From Auanema rhodensis (taxonomy: Eukaryota > Animalia > Nematoda), in NCBI GenBank assembly GCA_964057225.1, contig OZ059896.1, forward strand, positions 4,092,001 through 4,156,000: 64,000 bases of DNA, in the 5' to 3' direction. Under the pieces are notes generated by a model, which worked only from the letters and a program-made list of their open reading frames with translations, had not been told where the DNA came from and searched no databases. Positions 1-12,300 of this stretch are shown here, in pieces (the first letter of the stretch is position 1; each line of letters starts with the position of its first letter). Both the position numbers and the translations under genes were made by a program.

Positions 1-76
1 GAATGCACTATACTACATTAAGAAAAGCTTAATACAAAAATTAGTTATGATCGTTTGAAAAATGATGCATTAGTGT

Positions 77-104
77 ATGTTGAGTTTCCATGTACACTCA
101 ACAT
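77..104. other. 9-bp stem, 10-nt loop inverted repeat in the monomer (perfect in the aacatt allele)
   Basis: atgttgagt (77-85) pairs with actcaacat (96-104). The B-type actcaaaat allele carries one mismatch. Confidence 0.85.
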
Positions 105-254
105 TGCTTCCAAAAACATTTTGACAAAAATTTTCCCGAAAAATTTCAAAATAATTTCACAAAAAGTAGATGTTTTTAGATTTCTTTTTTCAAGACAAAG
201 ACGATGGACATTGTTATTCAACAAAAAAATTAATTCTTCAGGGTGAAAATCGAG

Positions 255-276
255 GATATAAGTGTGAACTTATATC
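255..276. other. 9-bp stem, 4-nt loop inverted repeat in the monomer (copy 1 shown)
   Basis: gatataagt-gtga-acttatatc is a perfect reverse complement in the common allele. Confidence 0.9.
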
Positions 277-287
277 AGTTGATATCT

Positions 288-352
288 CGGTGCATTTTTA
301 AGCTAGCGCAAATCTGATAACACAGATCGACGCAGCTTAAAAATCCACATCG
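288..352. other. Long imperfect inverted repeat present in every monomer (copy 1 shown)
   Basis: atttttaagct (294-304) pairs with agcttaaaaat (334-344), gcg (306-308) with cgc (331-333), and atctg (312-316) with cagat (323-327) around a 6-nt loop. In most copies the outer cggtgc pairs with gcatcg. Confidence 0.85.
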
Positions 353-3300
353 AATGCACTATACTACATTGGGAAACACTCAATACAAACATTAGTTATG
401 ATCGTTTGAAAAATGATGCATTAGTGTATGTTGAGTTTCCATGTACACTCAACATTGCTTCCAAAAACATTTTGACAAAAATTTTCCCGAAAAATTTCAA
501 AATAATTTCACAAAAAGTAGATGTTTTTAGATTCCTTTTTTCAAGACAAAGACGATGGACATTGTTATTCAACAAAAAAATTAATTCTTCACGGTGAAAA
601 TCGAGGATATAAGTGTGAACCTATATCAGTTGATATCTCGGTGCATTTTCAAGCTAGCGCAAATCTGATAACACAGATCGACGCAGCTTAAAAATCCGCA
701 TCGAATGCACTATACTACATTAAGAAAAGCTTAATACAAAAATTTGTTATGATCGTTTGAAAAATGATGCATTAGTGTATGTTGAGTTTCCATGTACACT
801 CAACATTGCTTCCAAAAACATTTTGACAAAAATTTTCCCGAAAAATTTCAAAATAATTTCACAAAAAGTAGATGTTTTTAGATTCCTTTTTTCAAGACAA
901 AGACGATGGACATTGTTATTCAACAAAAAAATTAATTCTTCAGGGTGAAAATCGAGGATATAAGTGTGAACTTATATCAGTTGATATCTCGGTGCATTTT
1001 TAAGCTAGCGCAAATCTGATAACACAGATCGACGCAGCTTAAAAATCCACATCGAATGCACTATACTACATTGGGAAACACTCAATACAAACATTAGTTA
1101 TGATCGTTTGAAAAATGATGCATTAGTGTATGTTGAGTTTCCATGTACACTCAACATTGCTTCCAAAAACATTTTGACAAAAATTTTCCCGAAAAATTTC
1201 AAAATAATTTCACAAAAAGTAGATGTTTTTAGATTCCTTTTTTCAAGACAAAGACGATGGACATTGTTATTCAACAAAAAAATTAATTCTTCACGGTGAA
1301 AATCGAGGATATAAGTGTGAACCTATATCAGTTGATATCTCGGTGCATTTTCAAGCTAGCGCAAATCTGATAACACAGATCGACGCAGCTTAAAAATCCA
1401 CATCGAATGCACTATACTACATTGGGAAACACTCAATACAAAAATTTGTTATGATCGTTTGAAAAATGATGCATTAGTGTATGTTGAGTTTCCATGTACA
1501 CTCAACATTGCTTCCAAAAACATTTTGACAAAAATTTTCCCGAAAAATTTCAAAATAATTTCACAAAAAGTAGATGTTTTTAGATTCCTTTTTTCAAGAC
1601 AAAGACGATGGACATTGTTATTCAACAAAAAAATTAATTCTTCAGGGTGAAAATCGAGGATATAAGTGTGAACTTATATCAGTTGATATCTCGGTGCATT
1701 TTTAAGCTAGCGCAAATCTGATAACACAGATCGACGCAGCTTAAAAATCCGCATCGAATGCACTATACTACATTAAGAAAAGCTTAATACAAAAATTAGT
1801 TATGATCGTTTGAAAAATGATGCATTAGTGTATGTTGAGTTTCCATGTACACTCAACATTGCTTCCAAAAACATTTTGACAAAAATTTTCCCGAAAAATT
1901 TCAAAATAATTTCACAAAAAGTAGATGTTTTTAGATTCCTTTTTTCAAGACAAAGACGATGGACATTGTTATTCAACAAAAAAATTAATTCTTCAGGGTG
2001 AAAATCGAGGATATAAGTGTGAACCTATATCAGTTGATATCTCGGTGCATTTTCAAGCTAGCGCAAATCTGATAACACAGATCGACGCAGCTTAAAAATC
2101 CGCATCGAATGCACTATACTACATTAAGAAAAGCTTAATACAAAAATTAGTTATGATCGTTTGAAAAATGATGCATTAGTGTATGTTGAGTTTCCATGTA
2201 CACTCAACATTGCTTCCAAAAACATTTTGACAAAAATTTTCCCGAAAAATTTCAAAATAATTTCACAAAAAGTAGATGTTTTTAGATTCCTTTTTTCAAG
2301 ACAAAGACGATGGACATTGTTATTCAACAAAAAAATTAATTCTTCAGGGTGAAAATCGAGGATATAAGTGTGAACCTATATCAGTTGATATCTCGGTGCA
2401 TTTTCAAGCTAGCGCAAATCTGATAACACAGATCGACGCAGCTTAAAAATCCGCATCGAATGCACTATACTACATGGAGAAACGCTCAATACAAAAATTA
2501 GTTATGATCGTTTGAAAAATGATGCATTAGTGTATGTTGAGTTTCCATGTACACTCAACATTGCTTCCAAAAACATTTTGACAAAAATTTTCCCGAAAAA
2601 TTTCAAAATAATTTCACAAAAAGTAGATGTTTTTAGATTCCTTTTTTCAAGACAAAGACGATGGACATTGTTATTCAACAAAAAAATTAATTCTTCAGGG
2701 TGAAAATCGAGGATATAAGTGTGAACCTATATCAGTTGATATCTCGGTGCATTTTTAAGCTAGCGCAAATCTGATAACACAGATCGACGCAGCTTAAAAA
2801 TCCACATCGAATGCACTATACTACATTGGGAAACACTCAATACAAACATTAGTTATGATCGTTTGAAAAATGATGCATTAGTGTATGTTGAGTTTCCATG
2901 TACACTCAACATTGCTTCCAAAAACATTTTGACAAAAATTTTCCCGAAAAATTTCAAAATAATTTCACAAAAAGTAGATGTTTTTAGATTCCTTTTTTCA
3001 AGACAAAGACGATGGACATTGTTATTCAACAAAAAAATTAATTCTTCAGGGTGAAAATCGAGGATATAAGTGTGAACCTATATCAGTTGATATCTCGGTG
3101 CATTTTCAAGCTAGCGCAAATCTGATAGTACAGATCGACGCAGCTTAAAAATCCGCATCGAATGCACTATACTACATTGAGAAACGCTTAATACAAAAAT
3201 AAGTTATGATCGTTTGAAAAATGATGCATTAGTGTATGTTGAGTTTCCATGTACACTCAACATTGCTTCCAAAAACATTTTGACAAAAATTTTCCCGAAA

Positions 3301-6300
3301 AATTTCAAAATAATTTCACAAAAAGTAGATGTTTTTAGATTCCTTTTTTCAAGACAAAGACGATGGACATTGTTATTCAACAAAAAAATTAATTCTTCAG
3401 GGTGAAAATCGAGGATATAAGTGTGAACCTATATCAGTTGATATCTCGGTGCATTTTTAAGCTAGCGCAAATCTGATAACACAGATCGACGCAGCTTAAA
3501 AATCCACATCGAATGCACTATACTACATTGGGAAACACTCAATACAAACATTAGTTATGATCGTTTGAAAAATGATGCATTAGTGTATGTTGAGTTTCCA
3601 TGTACACTCAACATTGCTTCCAAAAACATTTTGACAAAAATTTTCCCGAAAAATTTCAAAATAATTTCACAAAAAGTAGATGTTTTTAGATTCCTTTTTT
3701 CAAGACAAAGACGATGGACATTGTTATTCAACAAAAAAATTAATTCTTCAGGGTGAAAATCGAGGATATAAGTGTGAACCTATATCAGTTGATATCTCGG
3801 TGCATTTTCAAGCTAGCGCAAATCTGATAACACAGATCGACGCAGCTTAAAAATCCGCATCGAATGCACTATACTACATGGAGAAACGCTCAATACAAAA
3901 ATTAGTTATGATCGTTTGAAAAATGATGCATTAGTGTATGTTGAGTTTCCATGTACACTCAACAATGCTTCCAAAAACATTTTGACAAAAATTTTCCCGA
4001 AAAATTTCAAAATAATTTCACAAAAAGTAGATGTTTTTAGATTCCTTTTTTCAAGACAAAGACGAGGGACAATGTTATTCAACGAAAAAATTAATTCTTC
4101 ACGGTGAAAATCGAGGATATAAGTGTGAACCTATATCAGTTGATATCTCGGTGCATTTTCAAGCTAGCGCAAATCTGATAACACAGATCGACGCAGCTTA
4201 AAAATCCGCATCGAATGCACTATACTACATGGAGAAACGCTCAATACAAAAATTAGTTATGATCGTTTGAAAAATGATGCATTAGTGTATGTTGAGTTTC
4301 CATGTACACTCAACAATGCTTCCAAAAACATTTTGACAAAAATTTTCCCGAAAAATTTCAAAATAATTTCACAAAAAGTAGATGTTTTTAGATTCCTTTT
4401 TTCAAGACAAAGACGATGGACAATGTTATTCAACGAAAAAATTAATTCTTCACGGTGAAAATCGAGGATATAAGTGTGAACCTATATCAGTTGATATCTC
4501 GGTGCATTTTCAAGCTAGCGCAAATCTGATAACACAGATCGACGCAGCTTAAAAATCCGCATCGAATGCACTATACTACATTAAGAAAAGCTTAATACAA
4601 AAATTAGTTATGATCGTTTGAAAAATGATGCATTAGTGTATGTTGAGTTTCCATGTACACTCAACATTGCTTCCAAAAACATTTTGACAAAAATTTTCCC
4701 GAAAAATTTCAAAATAATTTCACAAAAAGTAGATGTTTTTAGATTCCTTTTTTCAAGACAAAGACGATGGACATTGTTATTCAACAAAAAAATTAATTCT
4801 TCACGGTGAAAATCGAGGATATAAGTGTGAACCTATATCAGTTGATATCTCGGTGCATTTTCAAGCTAGCGCAAATCTGATAACACAGATCGACGCAGCT
4901 TAAAAATCCACATCGAATGCACTATACTACATTGGGAAACACTCAATACAAAAATTAGTTATGATCGTTTGAAAAATGATGCATTAGTGTATGTTGAGTT
5001 TCCATGTACACTCAACATTGCTTCCAAAAACATTTTGACAAAAATTTTCCCGAAAAATTTCAAAATAATTTCACAAAAAGTAGATGTTTTTAGATTCCTT
5101 TTTTCAAGACAAAGACGATGGACATTGTTATTCAACGAAAAAATTAATTCTTCAGGGTGAAAATCGAGGATATAAGTGTGAACTTATATCAGTTGATATC
5201 TCGGTGCATTTTTAAGCTAGCGCAAATCTGATAACACAGATCGACGCAGCTTAAAAATCCGCATCGAATGCACTATACTACATTAAGAAAAGCTTAATAC
5301 AAAAATTAGTTATGATCGTTTGAAAAATGATGCATTAGTGTATGTTGAGTTTCCATGTACACTCAACATTGCTTCCAAAAACATTTTGACAAAAATTTTC
5401 CCGAAAAATTTCAAAATAATTTCACAAAAAGTAGATGTTTTTAGATTCCTTTTTTTCAAGACAAAGACGATGGACATTGTTATTCAACAAAAAAATTAAT
5501 TCTTCACGGTGAAAATCGAGGATATAAGTGTGAACCTATATCAGTTGATATCTCGGTGCATTTTCAAGCTAGCGCAAATCTGATAACACAGATCGACGCA
5601 GCTTAAAAATCCGCATCGAATGCACTATACTACATTAAGAAAAGCTTAATACAAAAATTAGTTATGATCGTTTGAAAAATGATGCATTAGTGTATGTTGA
5701 GTTTCCATGTACACTCAACATTGCTTCCAAAAACATTTTGACAAAAATTTTCCCGAAAAATTTCAAAATAATTTCACAAAAAGTAGATGTTTTTAGATTC
5801 CTTTTTTCAAGACAAAGACGATGGACATTGTTATTCAACAAAAAATTAATTCTTCAGGGTGAAAATCGAGGATATAAGTGTGAACTTATATCAGTTGATA
5901 TCTCGGTGCATTTTTAAGCTAGCGCAAATCTGATAACACAGATCGACGCAGCTTAAAAATCCGCATCGAATGCACTATACTACATTAAGAAAAGCTTAAT
6001 ACAAAAATTAGTTATGATCGTTTGAAAAATGATGCATTAGTGTATGTTGAGTTTCCATGTACACTCAACATTGCTTCCAAAAACATTTTGACAAAAATTT
6101 TCCCGAAAAATTTCAAAATAATTTCACAAAAAGTAGATGTTTTTAGATTCCTTTTTTCAAGACAAAGACGATGGACATTGTTATTCAACAAAAAAATTAA
6201 TTCTTCAGGGTGAAAATCGAGGATATAAGTGTGAACTTATATCAGTTGATATCTCGGTGCATTTTTAAGCTAGCGCAAATCTGATAACACAGATCGACGC

Positions 6301-9300
6301 AGCTCAAAAATCCACATCGAATGCACTATACTACATTGGGAAACACTCAATACAAACATTAGTTATGATCGTTTGAAAAATGATGCATTAGTGTATGTTG
6401 AGTTTCCATGTACACTCAACATTGCTTCCAAAAACATTTTGACAAAAATTTTCCCGAAAAATTTCAAAATAATTTCACAAAAAGTAGATGTTTTTAGATT
6501 CCTTTTTTCAAGACAAAGACGATGGACATTGTTATTCAACAAAAAAATTAATTCTTCAGGGTGAAAATCGAGGATATAAGTGTGAACCTATATCAGTTGA
6601 TATCTCGGTGCATTTTTAAGCTAGCGCAAATCTGATAACACAGATCGACGCAGCTTAAAAATCCACATCGAATGCACTATACTACATTGGGAAACACTCA
6701 ATACAAACATTAGTTATGATCGTTTGAAAAATGATGCATTAGTGTATGTTGAGTTTCCATGTACACTCAACATTGCTTCCAAAAACATTTTGACAAAAAT
6801 TTTCCCGAAAAATTTCAAAATAATTTCACAAAAAGTAGATGTTTTTAGATTCCTTTTTTCAAGACAAAGACGATGGACATTGTTATTCAACAAAAAAATT
6901 AATTCTTCAGGGTGAAAATCGAGGATATAAGTGTGAACCTATATCAGTTGATATCTCGGTGCATTTTCAAGCTAGCGCAAATCTGATAACACAGATCGAC
7001 GCAGCTTAAAAATCCGCATCGAATGCACTATACTACATGGAGAAACGCTCAATACAAAAATTAGTTATGATCGTTTGAAAAATGATGCATTAGTGTATGT
7101 TGAGTTTCCATGTACACTCAACAATGCTTCCAAAAACATTTTGACAAAAATTTTCCCGAAAAATTTCAAAATAATTTCACAAAAAGTAGATGTTTTTAGA
7201 TTCCTTTTTTCAAGAAAAAGACGATGGACAATGTTATTCAACGAAAAAATTAATTCTTCACGGTGAAAATCGAGGATATAAGTGTGAACCTATATCAGTT
7301 GATATCTCGGTGCATTTTCAAGCTAGCGCAAATCTGATAACACAGATCGACGCAGCTTAAAAATCCGCATCGAATGCACTATACTACATGGAGAAACGCT
7401 CAATACAAAAATTAGTTATGATCGTTTGAAAAATGATGCATTAGTGTATGTTGAGTTTCCATGTACACTCAACATTGCTTCCAAAAACATTTTGACAAAA
7501 ATTTTCCCGAAAAATTTCAAAATAATTTCACAAAAAGTAGATGTTTTTAGATCCCTTTTTTCAAGACAAAGACGATGGACATTGTTATTCAACAAAAAAA
7601 TTAATTCTTCAGGGTGAAAATCGAGGATATAAGTGTGAACCTATATCAGTTGATATCTCGGTGCATTTTTAAGCTAGCGCAAATCTGATAACACAGATCG
7701 ACGCAGCTTAAAAATCCACATCGAATGCACTATACTACATTGGGAAACACTCAATACAAACATTAGTTATGATCGTTTGAAAAATGATGCATTAGTGTAT
7801 GTTGAGTTTCCATGTACACTCAACATTGCTTCCAAAAACATTTTGACAAAAATTTTCCCGAAAAATTTCAAAATAATTTCACAAAAAGTAGATGTTTTTA
7901 GATTCCTTTTTTCAAGACAAAGACGATGGACATTGTTATTCAACAAAAAAATTAATTCTTCAGGGTGAAAATCGAGGATATAAGTGTGAACCTATATCAG
8001 TTGATATCTCGGTGCATTTTCAAGCTAGCGCAAATCTGATAACACAGATCGACGCAGCTTAAAAATCCGCATCGAATGCACTATACTACATGGAGAAACG
8101 CTCAATACAAAAATTAGTTATGATCGTTTGAAAAATGATGCATTAGTGTATGTTGAGTTTCCATGTACACTCAACAATGCTTCCAAAAACATTTTGACAA
8201 AAATTTTCCCGAAAAATTTCAAAATAATTTCACAAAAAGTAGATGTTTTTAGATTCCTTTTTTCAAGACAAAGACGATGGACAATGTTATTCAACGAAAA
8301 AATTAATTCTTCACGGTGAAAATCGAGGATATAAGTGTGAACCTATATCAGTTGATATCTCGGTGCATTTTCAAGCTAGCGCAAATCTGATAACACAGAT
8401 CGACGCAGCTTAAAAATCCGCATCGAATGCACTATACTACATGGAGAAACGCTCAATACAAAAATTAGTTATGATCGTTTGAAAAATGATGCATTAGTGT
8501 ATGTTGAGTTTCCATGTACACTCAACAATGCTTCCAAAAACATTTTGACAAAAATTTTCCCGAAAAATTTCAAAATAATTTCACAAAAAGTAGATGTTTT
8601 TAGATTCCTTTTTTCAAGACAAAGACGATGGACATTGTTATTCAACAAAAAAATTAATTCTTCACGGTGAAAATCGAGGATATAAGTGTGAACCTATATC
8701 AGTTGATATCTCGGTGCATTTTCAAGCTAGCGCAAATCTGATAACACAGATCGACGCAGCTTAAAAATCCGCATCGAATGCACTATACTACATTAAGAAA
8801 AGCTTAATACAAAAATTAGTTATGATCGTTTGAAAAATGATGCATTAGTGTATGTTGAGTTTCCATGTACACTCAACATTGCTTCCAAAAACATTTTGAC
8901 AAAAATTTTCCCGAAAAATTTCAAAATAATTTCACAAAAAGTAGATGTTTTTAGATTCCTTTTTTCAAGACAAAGACGATGGACATTGTTATTCAACAAA
9001 AAAATTAATTCTTCAGGGTGAAAATCGAGGATATAAGTGTGAACTTATATCAGTTGATATCTCGGTGCATTTTTAAGCTAGCGCAAATCTGATAACACAG
9101 ATCGACGCAGCTTAAAAATTCGCATCGAATGCACTATACTACATTGAGAAACGCTTAATACAAAAATTAGTTATGATCGTTTGAAAAATGATGCATTAGT
9201 GTATGTTGAGTTTCCATGTACACTCAAAATTGCTTCCAAAAACATTTTGACAAAAATTTTTTCAAAAAATTTCAAAATAATTTAGCGAAAAGTAGATGTT

Positions 9301-12300
9301 TTTAGATTCCTTTTTTCAAGGCAAAAACGATGGACAATGTTATTCAACGAAAAAATTAATTCTTCAGGGTGAAAATCGAGGATATAGGTGTGAACTTATA
9401 TCAGTTGATATCTCGGTGCATTTGCAAGCTAGCGCAAATCTGATAGTACAGATCGACGCAGCTTAATAATCCGCATCGAATGCACTATACTACATTGAGA
9501 AACGCTTAATACAAAAATTAGTTATGATCTTTTGAAAAATGATGCATTAGTGTATGTTGAGTTTCCATGTACACTCAAAATTGCTTCCAAAAACATTTTG
9601 ACAAAAATTTTTTCGAAAAATTTCAAAATAATTTAGCAAAAAGTAGATGTTTCTAGATTCCTTTTTTCGAGGCAAAAACGATGGACAATGTTATTCAACG
9701 AAAAAATTAATTCTTCAGGGTGAAAATCGAGGATATAAGTGTGAACTTATATCAGTTGATATCTCGGTGCATTTTCGAGCTAGCGCAAATCTGATAGTAC
9801 AGATCGACGCAGCTTAAAAATCCGCATCGAATGCACTATACTACATTGAGAAACGCTTAATACAAAAATAAGTTATGATCGTTTGAAAAATGATGCATTA
9901 GTGTATGTTGAGTTTCCATGTACACTCAAAATTGCTTCCAAAAACATTTTGACAAAAATTTTTTCGAAAAATTTCAAAATAATTTAGCAAAAAGTAGATG
10001 TTTCTAGATTCCTTTTTTCGAGGCAAAAACGATGGACAATGTTATTCAACGAAAAAATTAATTCTTCAGGGTGAAAATCGAGGATATAAGTGTGAACTTA
10101 TATCAGTTGATATCTCGGTGCATTTTCGAGCTAGCGCAAATCTGATAGTACAGATCGACGCAGCTTAAAAATCCGCATCGAATGCACTATACTACATTGA
10201 GAAACGCTTAATACAAAAATAAGTTATGATCGTTTGAAAAATGATGCATTAGTGTATGTTGAGTTTCCATGTACACTCAAAATTGCTTCCAAAAACATTT
10301 TGACAAAAATTTTTTCGAAAAATTTCAAGATAATTTAGCAAAAAGTAGATGTTTTTAGATTCCTTTTTTCAAGGCAAAAACGATGGACAATAATATTCAA
10401 CGAAAAAATTAATTCTTCAGGGTGAAAATCGAGGATATAAGTGTGAACTTATATCAGTTGATATCTCGGTGCATTTTCAAGCCAGCGCAAATCTGATAGT
10501 ACAGATCGACGCAGCTTAAAAATCCGCATCGAATGCACTATACTACATTGAGAAACGCTTAATACAAAAATTAGTTATGATCGTTTGAAAAATGATGCAT
10601 TAGTGTATGTTGAGTTTCCATGTACACTCCAAATTGCTTCCAAAAACATTTTGACAAAAATTTTTTCGAAAAATTTCAAAATAATTTAGCGAAAAGTAGA
10701 TGTTTTTAGATTCCTTTTTTCGAGGCAAAAACGATGGACAATGTTATTCAACGAAAAAATTAATTCTTCAGGGTGAAAACCGAGGATATAAGTGTGAACT
10801 TATATCAGTTGATATCTCGGTGCATTTTTAAGCTAGCGGAAATTTGATAACACAGATCGACGCAGCTTAAAAATCCGCATTGAATGCACTATACTACATT
10901 AAGAAAAGCTTAATACAAAAATTAGTTATGATCGTTTGAAAAATGATGCATTAGTGTATGTTGAGTTTCCATGTACACTCAACATTGCTTCCAAAAACAT
11001 TTTGACAAAAATTTTTTCGAAAAATTTCAAAATAATTTAGCGAAAAGTAGATGTTTTTAGATTCCTTTTTTCGAGGCAAAAACGATGGACAATGTTATTC
11101 AACGAAAAAATTAATTCTTCAGGGTGAAAATCGAGGATATAAGTGTGAACTTATATCAGTTGATATCTCGGTGCATTTTCAAGCTAGCGCAAATCTGATA
11201 GTACAGATCGACGCAGCTTAAAAATCCGCATCGAATGCACTATACTACATTGAGAAACGCTTAATACAAAAATTAGTTATGATCGTTTGAAAAATGATGC
11301 ATTAGTGTATGTTGAGTTTCCATGTACACTCAAAATTGCTTCCAAAAACATTTTGACAAAAATTTTTTCAAAAAATTTCAAAATAATTTAGCGAAAAGTA
11401 GATGTTTTTAGATTCCTTTTTTCAAGGCAAAAACGATGGACAATGTTATTCAACGAAAAAATCAATTCTTCAGGGTGAAAATCGAGGATATAAGTGTGAA
11501 CTTATATCAGTTCATATCTCGGTGCATTTTCAAGCTAGCGCAAATCTGATAGTACAGATCGACGCAGCTTAAAAATCCGCATCGAATGCACTATACTACA
11601 TTGAGAAACGCTTAATACAAAAATTAGTTATGATCGTTTGAAAAATGATGCATTAGTGTATGTTGAGTTTCCATGTACACTCAACATTGCTTCCAAAAAC
11701 ATTTTGACAAAAATTTTTTCGAAAAATTTCAAAATAATTTAGCGAAAAGTAGATGTTTTCAGATTCCTTTTTTTGAGGCAAAAACGATGGACAATGTTAT
11801 TCAACGAAAAAATTAATTCTTCAGGGTGAAAATCGAGGATATAAGTGTGAACTTATATCAGTTGATATCTCGGTGCCTTTTTAAGCTAGCGGAAATCTGA
11901 TAACACAGATCGACGCAGCTTAAAAATCCGCATCGAATGCACTATACTACATTGAGAAACGCTTAATACAAAAATTAGTTATGATCGTTTGAAAAATGAT
12001 GCATTAGTGTATGTTGAGTTTCCATGTACACTCAACATTGCTTCCAAAAACATTTTGACAAAAATTTTTTCGAAAAATTTCAAAATAATTTAGCGAAAAG
12101 TAGATGTTTTTAGATTCCTTTTTTCGAGGCAAAAACGATGGACAATGTTATTCAACGAAAAAATTAATTCTTCAGGGTGAAAATCGAGGATATAAGTGTG
12201 AACTTATATCAGTTGATATCTCGGTGCATTTTCAAGCTAGCGCAAATCTGATAGTACAGATCGACGCAGCTTAAAAATCCGCATCGAATGCACTATACTA

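Larger units (their letters stand above)
1..9120. repeat. Satellite subfamily A domain (26 monomers)
   Basis: Diagnostic alleles: ttttcccgaaa, aatttcacaaaa, tcaagacaaagacg, mostly ggacattg/caacaaaa, frequent gaacctata. The last A-type core is at 8830-9021. Confidence 0.95.

Noticed and set aside
1-351. 5S rDNA, tRNA, snRNA or spliced-leader tandem gene unit
   Set aside because: I recognise no conserved motifs, cloverleaf or clear pol III A/B boxes. An Rfam/Infernal search would be the decisive test.
1-351. Assignment to a named satellite family, a CENP-B box, or an internal ~175-bp dimer
   Set aside because: I could not recognise the family, saw no canonical CENP-B box, and saw no convincing similarity between the two halves by eye.
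5449-5846. Single-base indels in T and A homopolymers (+1 T near 5450, -1 A near 5842)
   Set aside because: These are singleton homopolymer changes that cannot be told apart from sequencing error.
55-9021. About 25 copies of a 63-aa ORF (MKNDALVYVEF...)
   Set aside because: It starts at TTG, is low-complexity K/F/I/N-rich as expected from AT-rich DNA, and has no recognisable domain. It is truncated by TAG in subfamily B and frameshifted in two A copies. It only marks subfamily A.
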